From an uncultured Chloroflexia bacterium (GTDB lineage Bacteria; Chloroflexota; Limnocylindria; Limnocylindrales; CSP1-4): DNA of 64,000 nucleotides. The notes under the pieces are model-generated. The model searched no databases and was not told where the DNA came from. It saw only the letters and a program-made list of their open reading frames with translations. Position numbers and translations under genes: made by a program. The stretch spans positions 118,847 through 182,846 of the forward strand of contig CAVZSO010000010.1 in assembly GCA_963777975.1 (NCBI GenBank), read 5' to 3'. Of the stretch, positions 37,991-48,716 are shown piece after piece (the stretch's first letter is position 1; each line of letters opens with the position of its first letter).

Positions 37991-39174
37991 TCAGCCGGCG
38001 AGCACCTTCTGGAGGGGCGTCGGGAAGCGCGGCGAGACGCGGACCCCGCCGAGCCAGGTGGTGAGCGCCGCGGCCGCCGTCTCACAGGCATCGGCAGCCT
38101 CGCGGCCGACGTCCTCGACCAGACGCTGGACGACCGTTCCGTCGGGTCGCTGGCCCCAGGCGCCGACGATCCGCCCCGCCCACCAGACGGTCGGCCCGAC
38201 GTTGCCGTTGGTGTCGAAGATGGCCGCTCCGTGCGGCCCCAGGAACCAGTCCCGGACCTTCCAGCCCATCGGCGTCGAGTCGAGGCCGGGCAGCAGGAAT
38301 GCGGTCGGACCCGACGCCGGCGTCGACTCGAGGTCCGTGGCCAGGGCGAGCCCTTCGCCTTCGTCGAGCCGCACGGTGACCACGTCGAGCGATGCCAGCG
38401 CGGCACGCAGCTGGCCGAGCGTCAGGCCGCTCCACCAGGCCAGGTCGCGCTCGGTCGCCGGCCCGAAGGTCGCCAGCCAGCGCTCGACGAGCATCCGACG
38501 CGCGGCGGCCGGTGCGGGAGGCGGTGGCAGCTCGGGAGCCCAGGACTCGAGGCGCGACCAGCGGTATTGGCCGCTGACCCAGCTGCCACGTGGCCGGGCT
38601 CGGACGATGGTCCACTCGGCGGCCATCAGGAAGAGCAAGCGTGTCGAGAGGCCGACCGTGCCCTCCCAGCGCTTGCCGACGCCGACGTGGAACTGCTCGG
38701 TCAGCGCCGGCACCGCCCGGGTCAGCTCGGCCGCGGCAGCGGTGCCGAGTCGGTCGAGGGCTGCCAGCGTGTCCGCCTCGACGCCGGCCAGCCAGGCGAC
38801 CGCGTCGCGCTCGGGCATCGAGGCCTCGAGGAAGCCGATCAGGCGGCGACGCTCGGCGCTGGCGATCGGTTCGCCACAGGCTGCGCGGACGACGACGGCC
38901 AGGTCCGGCGGCACCACGAACAACGTGCGACGCATGCCGAGGATGCGCAGCACGGACCGCGTCTCGTAGAGCTCGCGTTCGACGTCCGCCACCGTGGCAC
39001 TCGGGATCCGCGCTCGCGCCGACAGGAAGACGGTCGCCGGATCGCTGCTGTGGAGCCCGACCATGGCGCTGGCGGCCTCGGCCAGTGAGCTCGCCGCGGC
39101 GCTCGGCTCGAGCCGATGTCGCTGGACGAGGCGTCGCCGCCGCTCGGCCGTGTCGAGGTGGATGCGGGTCACGC
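37991..39174 (-). CDS. winged-helix DNA-binding domain protein (DUF1006; AlkZ/YcaQ-like DNA glycosylase family)
   Basis: VTRIHLDTAERRRRLVQRHRLEPSA...AMVGLHSSDP...ELYETRSVLRILGMRRTLFVVP follows the DUF1006 pattern. GTG start chosen at 39172-39174; the upstream in-frame ORF extension overlaps the neighbouring gene. Confidence 0.5.
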
Positions 39175-39212
39175 GTGGCGCCGGCGATGGTCGCGCCGCG
39201 ACACGGACCGGC

Positions 39213-40117
39213 TCAGAGCCCGATCGGGTGCCAGACGGTCTTGAGCTCGAGGAAGGCGGCGATCCACTCCGGTCGCTGCGCCGCGCGGTCGTCGAGCCAG
39301 TCGATCCGCTCGGCGCTGCCGGCCGGCGCTCGGGCGACCCGCTTGACGTTCTCGATGGCGGCCTCGTCGACCGCCGTCCGGAGGTCGTTGGGCACGCCCC
39401 AGGCGTCGATGGCGTTGACGTCCATGTGGCTGGCGAGGGTCGGCACGAGCTCGCGTCGGTGGCCGGTGATGAGGTTGACGACGCCACCCGGGACGTCGCT
39501 CGTGGCCAGCACCTCGGCGAGCGTCACGGCCGGCAACGGTCGTCGCTCGGAGGCCAGCACGACGGCGGTGTTGCCGCCCACCAGGACGGGCGCCAGCCGT
39601 GAGACGAGCCCGAGCAAGGAAGAGCTCTCCGGTGCGACGACGCCGACGACACCGGTCGCCTCCGGGATGGTGAAGTCGAAGTAGCTGGCGCCGACCGGGT
39701 TGACCGTGCCAAGGACCTGGCTGATCTTGTCGGCCCAGCCGGCGTACCAGACCCAGCGATCGACGGCCCGATCGACCTGCTCCCGCGCGCCTTGCGCGTC
39801 GAGACCCTCGGCTGCCGCGACCTCCGCCTCGAACTGGTCACGCCGACCCTCGAGCAGCTCGGCCACGCGGTACAGGATCTGGCCACGGTTCATGGCCGTC
39901 TTCGCCTCCCAGCCGGCGAACGCCCCGCGCGCCGCTCGGACGGCGTCGCGCACGTCCTTGCGCGAGCCACGGACCGCGTTCGCCAGCGGCGCTCCGTCCG
40001 CGGCGCGAACGACGTATGCGCGCCCGGATTCGGAACGCGGGAACCCGCCGCCGATGTACAGCTTGTACGTCTTGCGCACGGCGATACGGTCGCTCCCCGA
40101 CGCGATCGTGGTCACCG
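39213..40117 (-). CDS. short aldehyde-dehydrogenase-family protein containing only the N-terminal NAD(P)-binding half (no catalytic Cys/Glu region)
   Basis: TYKLYIGGGFPRSESGRAYVV...WVWYAGWADKI...VVLASERRPLPAVTLAEVL...GGVVNLITGH aligns to the first ~300 aa of the upstream full-length ALDH, then terminates. Only 39 nt remain before the next gene. Start (GTG ~40115) uncertain. Confidence 0.5.
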
Positions 40118-40176
40118 CCTGGCCGCCTGCCGCGACGGCCCTGGCGGCAGGCTTGGCGAGGGCTTCGGACGAGCCA

Positions 40177-41721
40177 TCAGCGATCCTCGAGTCGGACGTA
40201 GGCGAGCAGGCCCGGCAGCCCGCCCTCCCGGCCGAAGCCCGACTCCTTGTAGCCACCGAAGGGGCTGGTAGGGTCGAAGCGATTGAAGGTGTTGGCCCAG
40301 ACGACGCCCGCCCGGAGCTGCTTGACCATCTTCAGGATGCGGCTGCCCTTCTCCGTCCAGACGCCGGCGGACAGACCGTAGGGCGTGTTGTTGGCCTTCT
40401 CGACGGCTTCATCCGGGGTCCGGAAGGTGAGCACCGAGAGGACCGGCCCGAAGATCTCCTCCTGCGCGATGCGATGACTCTGGGCGACGTTCGTGAAGAG
40501 GGTCGGGCGCACGAAGTAGCCGCGCGAGGGCAGCTCGCAGGCCGGCTGATAGAGCTCGGCGCCCTCGGCGACGCCGACCTCGATGAGCTCCTCGATCTTG
40601 GCCAGCTGAGCAGCGTTGTTGATGGCGCCGACGTCGGTGTTCTTGTCGAGCGGGTCGCCCACGCGCAACGTCGCCAGCCGATCCTTGAGCTTCTCGATGA
40701 GCGGCTCGGCGATCGACTCCTGGACCAGCAGACGACTGCCGGCGCAGCAGACCTCGCCCTGGTTGAAGAAGATGCCGTTGACGATGCCCTCGACGGCCTG
40801 ATCGAGCGGGGCGTCGTCGAAGACGATGTTGGCGGCCTTGCCGCCCAGCTCGAGCGTCAGCGCCTTGTCGGAGCCGGCGATGGCACGCCCGATCTCCTTG
40901 CCGACAGCCGTCGAGCCCGTGAAGGCGACCTTGTCGATATCAGGGTGCTTGACCAGCCCGAGGCCGATCTCGCCCGGCCCGGTCACGATGTTGACGACGC
41001 CTGGCGGCAGATCCGCCTGGCGGCAGACGTCGGCGAAGAGCAGGGCGCTGAGGGGCGTCGACGAGGCCGGCTTGAGGACGACCGTGTTGCCTGCGGCCAG
41101 CGCGGGCGCGATCTTCCAGGCAAGCATCAGGAGCGGGAAGTTCCAGGGGATGATCTGCGCGGCCACGCCGAGCGGCCGGGCGATCCGGCCGGGGAATGCG
41201 TAGTCGAGCTTGTCCGCCCAGCCGGCGTAGTACCAGAAGTGCGCGGCCACGAGCGGGATGTCCACGTCGCGGGATTCCTTGATCGGCTTGCCGGTATCGA
41301 GCGTCTCGAGGACCGCGAACTCTCGGCTGCGCTCCTGAAGGATGCGCGCGATCCGGAAGAGGTACTTGGCCCGCTCACGACCGGGCAGCTCGCCCCACGA
41401 TCGACGGAACGCCCGCCTGGCGGTCCCGACCGCCTGATCGACATCCTCCATGCCGGCGCGAGCGACCTCGGCCAGCGGCTCCTCGGTCGCCGGATCGATG
41501 GTCGTGAACCATTGGCCGCTGCGCGGAGCGACCTCCTTGCCACCGATGAAGAGCCCATACCGCGCCTGGAGCTTGACCACGTCGCGCGCTTCTGGCGCGG
41601 GTGCGTACTCCCAGGGCACAGCCTGGCCGTCGCCGAAGCCCCAGGTCGACGGGGACGCGGTGTCTCGGCCGACGGCATCCGATGTCGCGCGTTTGGTGAC
41701 CGAACGGTCACTCGTTGTCAT
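40177..41721 (-). CDS. aldehyde dehydrogenase (NAD(P)+) family protein
   Basis: 514 aa; FWYYAGWADKL, IIPWNFPLLM, TLELGGKAANIVF, EVCCAGSRLLV (catalytic Cys), EEIFGPV. Confidence 0.8.
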   Translation of the reverse strand: MTTSDRSVTKRATSDAVGRDTASPSTWGFGDGQAVPWEYAPAPEARDVVKLQARYGLFIGGKEVAPRSGQWFTTIDPATEEPLAEVARAGMEDVDQAVGTARRAFRRSWGELPGRERAKYLFRIARILQERSREFAVLETLDTGKPIKESRDVDIPLVAAHFWYYAGWADKLDYAFPGRIARPLGVAAQIIPWNFPLLMLAWKIAPALAAGNTVVLKPASSTPLSALLFADVCRQADLPPGVVNIVTGPGEIGLGLVKHPDIDKVAFTGSTAVGKEIGRAIAGSDKALTLELGGKAANIVFDDAPLDQAVEGIVNGIFFNQGEVCCAGSRLLVQESIAEPLIEKLKDRLATLRVGDPLDKNTDVGAINNAAQLAKIEELIEVGVAEGAELYQPACELPSRGYFVRPTLFTNVAQSHRIAQEEIFGPVLSVLTFRTPDEAVEKANNTPYGLSAGVWTEKGSRILKMVKQLRAGVVWANTFNRFDPTSPFGGYKESGFGREGGLPGLLAYVRLEDR

Positions 41722-41730
41722 GGTGTCGCC

Positions 41731-42717
41731 TCAGTCGAGCGTGAAGTAGTCGCCACCGGAGTAGCGGCCATCTCGCTCCTTGCGGAGCTGCATGAGCACA
41801 TCGTTGAGCAGCGTGCTGGCGCCGAAGCGGAAGCGATCGGGCGTCATCCAGCGCGGACCGAGGGTCTCGTACAGGACCGTCAGGTAGGCGATGGCCTCCT
41901 TCGATGTTCGGATGCCGCCAGCGGGCTTCATGCCAACGGCTCGACCGGTGCGCCGTTCGAAGTCACGGATGGCTTCCAGCATCACGAGCGTGACCGGCAG
42001 CGTGGCCGCCGGGGTCACCTTGCCGGTCGAGGTCTTGATGAAGTCGGCACCGGCCGCCATGGCCAGGATGCTGGCTCGACGGACGTCGTCATACGAGCCC
42101 AGCTCACCGGTCTCGAGGATGACCTTGAGATGGGCTTCCCCGGCAGCCGCCTTGACGGCCACGATCTCATCGAAGACCGCAGCGTAGTCCCCGGCCAGGA
42201 ACGCACCGCGATCGATGACCATGTCGATCTCATCGGCGCCAGCGTCGACCGCTTGTCGCGTCTCGAGCACCTTCAGCTCCAGGAAGGTCTGTCCCGACGG
42301 GAAGCCGGTGGCGACGCTGGCGACATGGATGCTGCTGCCGGCCAGCGCCTCACGGGCGTCCGCGACACGGGCCGGATAGACGCACACGGCGGCCACGGAG
42401 GGGATCGTCGGGTCTGACGGATCCGGTCGTCGAGCCTTCTGGCAGAGCGCGTGGACCTTGCCGCTGGTGTCCTTGCCCTCGAGGGTCGTCAGATCGATCA
42501 TGCGGATGATGAGGTCGAGCGCCCAACGCTTCGACTCGCGCTTGATGGATCGCTTGGCCAGGGCCGCCGCCCGTTCCTCGACGCCGACCTGGTCGACGCC
42601 GCCGATGCGGCCCAGCAGACCGCCCAGGCCGACGGCCCGTCCATCCCAGGCGCGGACCAGCTCGTGGGCGCGGGTCTCGGCCTGCTCGTGAGCACTGCCC
42701 TCGACGGTCGACGTCAT
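41731..42717 (-). CDS. deoC: deoxyribose-phosphate aldolase (long actinobacterial form)
   Basis: DLTTLEG...KVILETGELGS...GADFIKTSTGK (Schiff-base Lys), GGIRTSKEAIAYL. Confidence 0.7.
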   Translation of the reverse strand: MTSTVEGSAHEQAETRAHELVRAWDGRAVGLGGLLGRIGGVDQVGVEERAAALAKRSIKRESKRWALDLIIRMIDLTTLEGKDTSGKVHALCQKARRPDPSDPTIPSVAAVCVYPARVADAREALAGSSIHVASVATGFPSGQTFLELKVLETRQAVDAGADEIDMVIDRGAFLAGDYAAVFDEIVAVKAAAGEAHLKVILETGELGSYDDVRRASILAMAAGADFIKTSTGKVTPAATLPVTLVMLEAIRDFERRTGRAVGMKPAGGIRTSKEAIAYLTVLYETLGPRWMTPDRFRFGASTLLNDVLMQLRKERDGRYSGGDYFTLD

Positions 42718-42767
42718 GAGCCCATCCTACACCCGTCGCCAACCGCACCCCGATCAGTCGACGATCC

Positions 42768-43061
42768 ATGTTACTCTACGGTCACATGATCGGCACCGTC
42801 GACACCCGTCTGGACGTACTGGCGCATGCGGTCTCCGATGCCACCCGCCGACGGATCATCGAGCGCTTGCGCGTCGATCCCGGGGTGACCACGGCAGATC
42901 TGGCGGCGCTGGCCCCGAGCATGACGCGCTTCGCGGTCATGAAGCACCTCGACGTGCTCAGGCGGTCGGGGCTGGTGCGCTCCATGGACGAGGGGCGCCG
43001 GCGGCGGCATTACCTCGAACCCGCCGCCCTCGAGCCGTTGCGCGACTGGCTCGGCGCCTGA
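42768..43061 (+). CDS. ArsR/SmtB family transcriptional regulator (no metal-binding Cys motif)
   Basis: LAHAVSDATRRRIIERL...TADLAALAPSMTRFAVMKHLDVLRRSGLV HTH pattern. Confidence 0.5.
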   Translation: MLLYGHMIGTVDTRLDVLAHAVSDATRRRIIERLRVDPGVTTADLAALAPSMTRFAVMKHLDVLRRSGLVRSMDEGRRRRHYLEPAALEPLRDWLGA

Positions 43062-43071
43062 TCGGGAGCGA

Positions 43072-45192
43072 TCAGCCCCGGCGCGGCGGTCGGGCCGGCG
43101 GCAACCGCGTGGCCCCGTCGACGAGGTAGTGGCGGAACCAGTCGCGGATGAGGATGAGGTTGTCGACGCGCCGGAATGGCGTGCCCGAGCGCGTCAGCTC
43201 GTGGGTCTCGTCGGGCACGCGCATCAGGCGCACCGGCCGCTTGAGCGAGCGGAGGACCGTGAACAGCTGCTCGGCCTGACCCATCGGCGTCCGGAGGTCC
43301 TTCTCCGCATGCTGGATGAGCAGCGGCGTGTGGATGGCCGGGGCATAGGTCAGGGGCGACTCACGGTGGTACATGTCCGGGTCCTGCCACGGATTGGCGC
43401 CGTACTCGAGGTTGCCGAACTGGGGACCGGCGATGTCTCCGGTCTCCATCTGCGAGGTCATGTCGTTGACCGAACGGCAGGTCACGGCGGCTCGGAAGCG
43501 ATCGGTGTGGCCGATGATCCAGCTGGTCAGGTAGCCGCCGTACGAGCCACCCGTGACGCCGAGCCGATCGGGATCGGCCAAGCCGTCGGCGATGAGGCCA
43601 TCGATGCCGGCCATCACGTCGGCCATCGGGCCAGTGCCCCAATCACCGAAGTTGGCGGCCGCGAAGTCCTGGCCGTAACCCTGCGAGCCACGCGGGTTGC
43701 TGGCGTAGACGCTGATGCCCTGTGCGACGAGGCACTGCCACTCCCACATGAGCGACCAGCCGTAGAGCGTCTGCGGGCCACCGTGGATCTCGAGCACGAG
43801 CGGTTTGGGGCTGCCCGGTGCCGTCCCCGCGGCGGGCAGGAACCAGCCCTGGATCCGTCGTTCGTCGGCTTCGTGCCAGCGAGACTGCGGCTCGACCAGC
43901 TCGATGTCGGCCCAGGCCTCGCCCATCAGGTCGGTCAATCGGTGGCCGACGATGCGCGCGCCATCCATGAGTGGTTCCGCAGGCAGGTCGTGGACCACGA
44001 TGTCTGCGGCACGCGTGGCGGTCACGCATGCCGATGCCACCCGGGCGCCGCCGGCGACGACGGCCTGATCGGCGCCATAGAGGAAGTGCCGGTCCTCGGT
44101 CAGACGCTCGATGCGGCGCGTCTCGACCTCCACCCGCCAGAGCTCGTAGGTGCCCTCGATGGGGGCAGCGAAGGTGATCCAGCGGCCATCGCCGCTCCAG
44201 TGGATGGCACTGCCCCCGGCGCCCAGCAGATCGGAATTCATGCCGGCATCGGCGAAGAGATCCGCGTCGGCGGTCAGGTCCTCGCCACGATCCTGCGGCG
44301 TCGCCCGGAAGCGCCAGACATCGCCGCGCGAGCCGGCCTTGGCCGGGTGCCGATGACCGACGACCGCGATCCAGCCACCGTCGGGGCTCCAGGCCGGGGC
44401 ATCGAAGAGCTGCTCACCGCGACCGGCCGTGATGCGCTCGACGCGTCCGCCATCCGAGGGCACGACATAGACGTCCTGCTGAAAGGTCAGGTCGGCATCC
44501 CGATGACGACTGGAGATGAAGGCGATGCGTAAGCCATCGGGGCTCCAGCGGGGCTGGCCATCATCGGCCGGACCGGACGTCAAGCGGCGCGCTGCGCCCG
44601 ACTCGAGATCGATCCGCCACAGCTGACCCGGGCGATCGTAGGTGAAGCCGGCGCCGTTGAGCTCGTAGAAGAGCCGGTCGATCTGGCGGATGTCCGGGTC
44701 GGGGACGGCCTCTGGTGCTTTGCGCGGCTCCGGCACCTCGGTCAAGGCGGCGCTCACGACGCACAACGAGCGGCCATCGGGGCTCCAGGCGATGTCGGAG
44801 ACATCGCGCGGCAGCCGCGTGACCTGGCGTGCTTCACCGCCGTCCATGGGCAGCAGCCAGACCTGCGTGCCGCCTTCCTTGGGTGCCTCGACAGCGGCCG
44901 GACGATCGGCGGCACCAGCTGCCTGGAAGACGGCGGCGCGGTCGCTCAGGAAGGCCAGGCTGCGTCCATCGGGGCTCCAGCGTGGCGCGGTGTCGCTGCG
45001 TCGGCCGAGGGTCAACGGACGCGCCGGGGTCGAACCGTCGGCGGCCACGATCCACAGCGCGTACCGATAGCCGTCGAGCTTCGGTGCGCTGGAGCGGACC
45101 GTGAAGACGACCTGCGACCCGTCCGGCGACAGACGGACCTGGGTCGGGACGCGCAGGTCGAACAGATCATCCGGGCGCGGCGCGCGCGTCAT
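43072..45192 (-). CDS. S9 family peptidase (beta-propeller + prolyl oligopeptidase / acylaminoacyl-peptidase catalytic domain)
   Basis: 706 aa; TolB-like repeats (WSPDG x several) then GGSYGGYLTSWIIGHTDRF (GxSxGG nucleophile) and catalytic D/H region. Confidence 0.75.
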   Translation of the reverse strand: MTRAPRPDDLFDLRVPTQVRLSPDGSQVVFTVRSSAPKLDGYRYALWIVAADGSTPARPLTLGRRSDTAPRWSPDGRSLAFLSDRAAVFQAAGAADRPAAVEAPKEGGTQVWLLPMDGGEARQVTRLPRDVSDIAWSPDGRSLCVVSAALTEVPEPRKAPEAVPDPDIRQIDRLFYELNGAGFTYDRPGQLWRIDLESGAARRLTSGPADDGQPRWSPDGLRIAFISSRHRDADLTFQQDVYVVPSDGGRVERITAGRGEQLFDAPAWSPDGGWIAVVGHRHPAKAGSRGDVWRFRATPQDRGEDLTADADLFADAGMNSDLLGAGGSAIHWSGDGRWITFAAPIEGTYELWRVEVETRRIERLTEDRHFLYGADQAVVAGGARVASACVTATRAADIVVHDLPAEPLMDGARIVGHRLTDLMGEAWADIELVEPQSRWHEADERRIQGWFLPAAGTAPGSPKPLVLEIHGGPQTLYGWSLMWEWQCLVAQGISVYASNPRGSQGYGQDFAAANFGDWGTGPMADVMAGIDGLIADGLADPDRLGVTGGSYGGYLTSWIIGHTDRFRAAVTCRSVNDMTSQMETGDIAGPQFGNLEYGANPWQDPDMYHRESPLTYAPAIHTPLLIQHAEKDLRTPMGQAEQLFTVLRSLKRPVRLMRVPDETHELTRSGTPFRRVDNLILIRDWFRHYLVDGATRLPPARPPRRG

Positions 45193-45339
45193 AGGGTCAC
45201 CTCGAGCGGAAAGGGCTGTGGTGGTCCAGTCTACCGGCGCGATGGTGGGCCCGGCAGGCTGGCTACGGCGGTCGGTCCGGATGTCGGATGGGACCGGCTG
45301 CGAGGGTCACACGCGACCGGCTGGTCGTATCCTGCGGCG

Positions 45340-46074
45340 GTGCCAACGCCCGCGGGCCAGCGATCGCTCGAGCTCGACGCCCGCCTGCCGCTGCCGCCCG
45401 ACGACCTGCGTCCGATGCTCTCGAGATCGGCCCGCCAGCTGACCATCGATGACGACCGGGTCGTCGACCCGACCTGGGGCGGGCTGCGCATCCTCGCCTC
45501 GGCCCAGCGCGGGCACGTCCGACTGTCCGTCGGTGCCGACGACGTCGCCCATCGATTCCCCGACGTCGTCGCCTCCCTGCGTTCCCTCGATCTGCCCGGC
45601 GCGGTCCTCGACGGTGAGATCGTGGTGCCTGGGATGGTCGGCCGCGCCACCGCCGATGCCGTCCGTCGTCGCGGAGCCGTCCGTCCAGCCACGCTCGTGG
45701 TCAGCGACCTGCCCTGGCTGGCCGGCCGGCTCCTGCTGGCCGAGGCACTCGAGCGGCGTCGGGAGCGGCTGGCCGAGCTGGCCATCGCGGCGCCTTCGGT
45801 CGTCGTCCTGGAGCCCGCCCGTGGCGCCGCCGCCGTCCTCCAGCTCATCGCCCTGCACGGCCTCGTCGGTGTGGTCGCCAAGCGCGCCGACTCTCCCTAC
45901 CTGCCCGGCATGCGCAGTCGTCTCTGGACACTCATCCGGGTCGCAGACGTCATGGCCGACGGCGCGGCTGGATCGGGCGTCGTCCTCGAAGGCGCGGCGC
46001 CGGACGGGGTTCATGTCCCGTCTCGCCCGGACATCGCGCTCCTCCGGACGTTGCCGTTCGACGAAGACGCCTGA
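45340..46074 (+). CDS. ATP-dependent DNA ligase adenylation-domain-like protein, apparently lacking the KxDG catalytic lysine and most of the OB fold
   Basis: DPTWGGLRILAS occupies the position of EPKWDGYR (motif I), while RFPDV, LDGEIVV and VVAKRADSPYLPGMRSRLW (motifs III-V) are conserved. Only 244 aa. Confidence 0.4.
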   Translation: MPTPAGQRSLELDARLPLPPDDLRPMLSRSARQLTIDDDRVVDPTWGGLRILASAQRGHVRLSVGADDVAHRFPDVVASLRSLDLPGAVLDGEIVVPGMVGRATADAVRRRGAVRPATLVVSDLPWLAGRLLLAEALERRRERLAELAIAAPSVVVLEPARGAAAVLQLIALHGLVGVVAKRADSPYLPGMRSRLWTLIRVADVMADGAAGSGVVLEGAAPDGVHVPSRPDIALLRTLPFDEDA

Positions 46075-46093
46075 AGGCGCCTAGCATCGCGTC

Positions 46094-46471
46094 GTGAGCT
46101 CCTACGTCACAGGCGGCGAATACCTCTCCCCGCTGCGTATCCACGCCGACCGGGCCGAAGGCCGTCTGGAGATCGACTGGTCGGACGGCCACCGGACGGT
46201 CTACGACGGTCTCACGCTGCGCTGGCTCTGCCCCTGCGCCTATTGTCGCGGCGAGGCCGGGCTGCCCGGCTGGCTCGACTCCGCACCGACCCTCAGCGCT
46301 GACCAGACCCGGCTCGTCGACATCCAGCTGGTCGGTCAGTATGCGGTCTGCCCGACCTGGGGCGACGGACATCACACCGGCTACTACACCTTCGAACGCC
46401 TGCGGGCCGACTGTCCGTGCGAGGAGGACACGGCGCTGCGCGCGGCGGCGCCGCACGCCGACCATCGCTGA
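46094..46471 (+). CDS. DUF971 family protein
   Basis: LEIDWSDGHRTVYDGLTLRWLCPCAYCRGE matches DUF971. Confidence 0.55.
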   Translation: MSSYVTGGEYLSPLRIHADRAEGRLEIDWSDGHRTVYDGLTLRWLCPCAYCRGEAGLPGWLDSAPTLSADQTRLVDIQLVGQYAVCPTWGDGHHTGYYTFERLRADCPCEEDTALRAAAPHADHR

Positions 46472-46558
46472 GACCGGTTCGGGCGCAGCCGCGCAGCAGG
46501 TCCCACGTTGCGGACTGACCGAAGGGTCATGGACGACGTCGGACGCGAGCGCGGTACG

Positions 46559-48716
46559 ATGAAGCCAAGCAGCCCCGTCCACGAGGCCCGACACCGACCC
46601 CTGATGACCGCCATCCGCCCGCCTGCGACTCGACGTCGACCGCGTCCGATCGACCCGCCGGCCATCCCCTACATCAACCGCGAGCTCTCGTTGCTCGACC
46701 TGAACGCGCGCGTCCTGCACGAGGCGACCGATGAGCGCAACCCGCTGCTGGAGCGGGTTCGCTTCCTGTCGATCGTCTCGGGCATCCTCGACGAGTTCTT
46801 CCAGATCCGCGTGGCGGGCCTCAAGCAGCAGGTCGAGGCAGGACATTCGAAGCTCGGGCCGGACGGACGCAGCGCTGCCGAGACGCTGTCCGAGGCACGA
46901 CGCAAGGTGCTCGACCTGATCGTCGAGCACACGCTGGCCTTCAACAAGGTTCGCGAGGCGATGGCCGAGCAGGGCATCACCATCGTGCGCTACGACGAAC
47001 GACCCGAGCGCCACCTCGAGCTGCGACGGATGTTCATCGACCAGATCTTCCCGGTCCTGACGCCGCTGGCCGTCGACCCTGGCCATCCCTTTCCGTACAT
47101 CAGCGATCTGTCACTCTCCCTCGCGGTGACCGTGCGCGATCCCGAGACGGGCGAGCGAGACTTCGCCCGCATCAAGGTCCCCGAGGTCCTGCCGCGCATG
47201 GTCGAGGTCGGCGTTCGGACCTACATGCTCCTGGAGCAGATCATCGCGGCCAACCTCGATGCGCTCTTCCCGGGCATGGAGATCGTCGAGCACCATCTCT
47301 TCCGAGTGACCAGGAATGCCGACCTGGCGATCGAGGAGGACGAGGCGGATGACCTCCTGCTGGCCATCGAGGAGGAGCTCCGGCGGCGACGGTTCGGCGA
47401 GGCGGTGCGCCTCGAGGTCGAGCGCTCGATGCCGACCGAGACGCGGTCGATCCTGCGGCGTGGCCTGGGCGTCGGCCCCGAGGATGTCTACGAGATCTCG
47501 GGCATGCTCGATCTGCGGGCGCTGGAGACGATCGCCGACCTCGAGATCCCCGAGCTGCAGCGCGAGCCCTGGCACCCGGTCGTCCCCGCGCGGCTGCTGC
47601 CGCACGACGAGGACGAGGAGGCAGACGTCTTCGCCGCCATCCGCACCGGCGACCTGCTCGTCCACCACCCGTATGAGTCGTTCGTCGGCTCCGTCCAGCG
47701 CTTCATCGAGCAGGCGGCCAGCGATCCAGACGTGCTGACCATCAAGATGACCCTCTACCGGACGACGGGCGACTCACCGATCCTCAAGGCGCTCATCCGG
47801 GCCGCCGAGAACGGCAAGCAGGTCGTCGTCCTGGTCGAGATCAAGGCCCGTTTCGACGAGCAGGCGAACATCGTCTGGGGCCGCACGCTGGAGCGCGCCG
47901 GCGCCCACGTCGTCTACGGCCTGGTCGGCCTCAAGACCCACTCCAAGACGGCGCTCGTCGTGCGCCGCGAGGGCGGCGGCCTGCGTCGCTACGTCCACAT
48001 CGGGACCGGCAACTACAACCACAGGACCGCACAGGCTCTACGTCGACTTGGGCATGCTGACCTGCGACGACGAGATCGGCGCCGATGTGACCGACCTCTT
48101 CAACTTCCTGACCGGACTCTCCCGCCAGCGCCGCTTCCGCCGGCTGCTGATCGCACCGGTCAGCCTGCGGCCGCGCATCGAGGAGCTCATCGAAGGTGAG
48201 ATCGAGCGCCAGGCGTCGGATGCTGATGGCGCCATCACCATGAAGCTCAACGCGCTCGTCGATCCGGGCATCATCGCTGCCCTCTGCCGTGCCAGTCAGG
48301 CGGGCGTGCCAGTGGATCTCATCGTGCGGGGTGCCTGCGCCCTCCGGCCGGGCGTCAAGGACGTCAGCGAGGGGATCCGCGTCCGTTCCATCATCGGCCC
48401 CTTGCTCGAGCACTCTCGGATCCTGCGCTTCGGACAGGGCGAGCGGACGACGCACTGGATCGGCTCGGCCGACATGATGGATCGCAACCTCGACCGCCGC
48501 GTCGAGGCCGTGGCGCCGGTCCTCGACCCCGTCAGCAAGGGCCGCCTCGATCACATCCTCGAGGTCATGCTGGCCGACGACCGACGAGCCTGGGAGCTTG
48601 GTCCCGACGAGCGCTGGCAACGGGTCGAGTGGCGACTCGAGAACCCCACGGGCCTCGACACGTTCGAGGTCTTCAAGCAGGAAGCCCTCTCCGCGGGCGC
48701 GACGGAGGTGGCATGA
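46559..48716 (+). pseudogene. ppk: polyphosphate kinase 1 with an apparent +1 frameshift near 48030
   Basis: YINRELSLLDLNARVLHEA...YVHIGTGNYNHRTAQ in one frame. The +1 frame continues LYVDLGMLTCDDEIGADVTDLFNFLTG...HSRILRF (PLD-like HxK region). One extra G at cagGctc. Confidence 0.75.
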
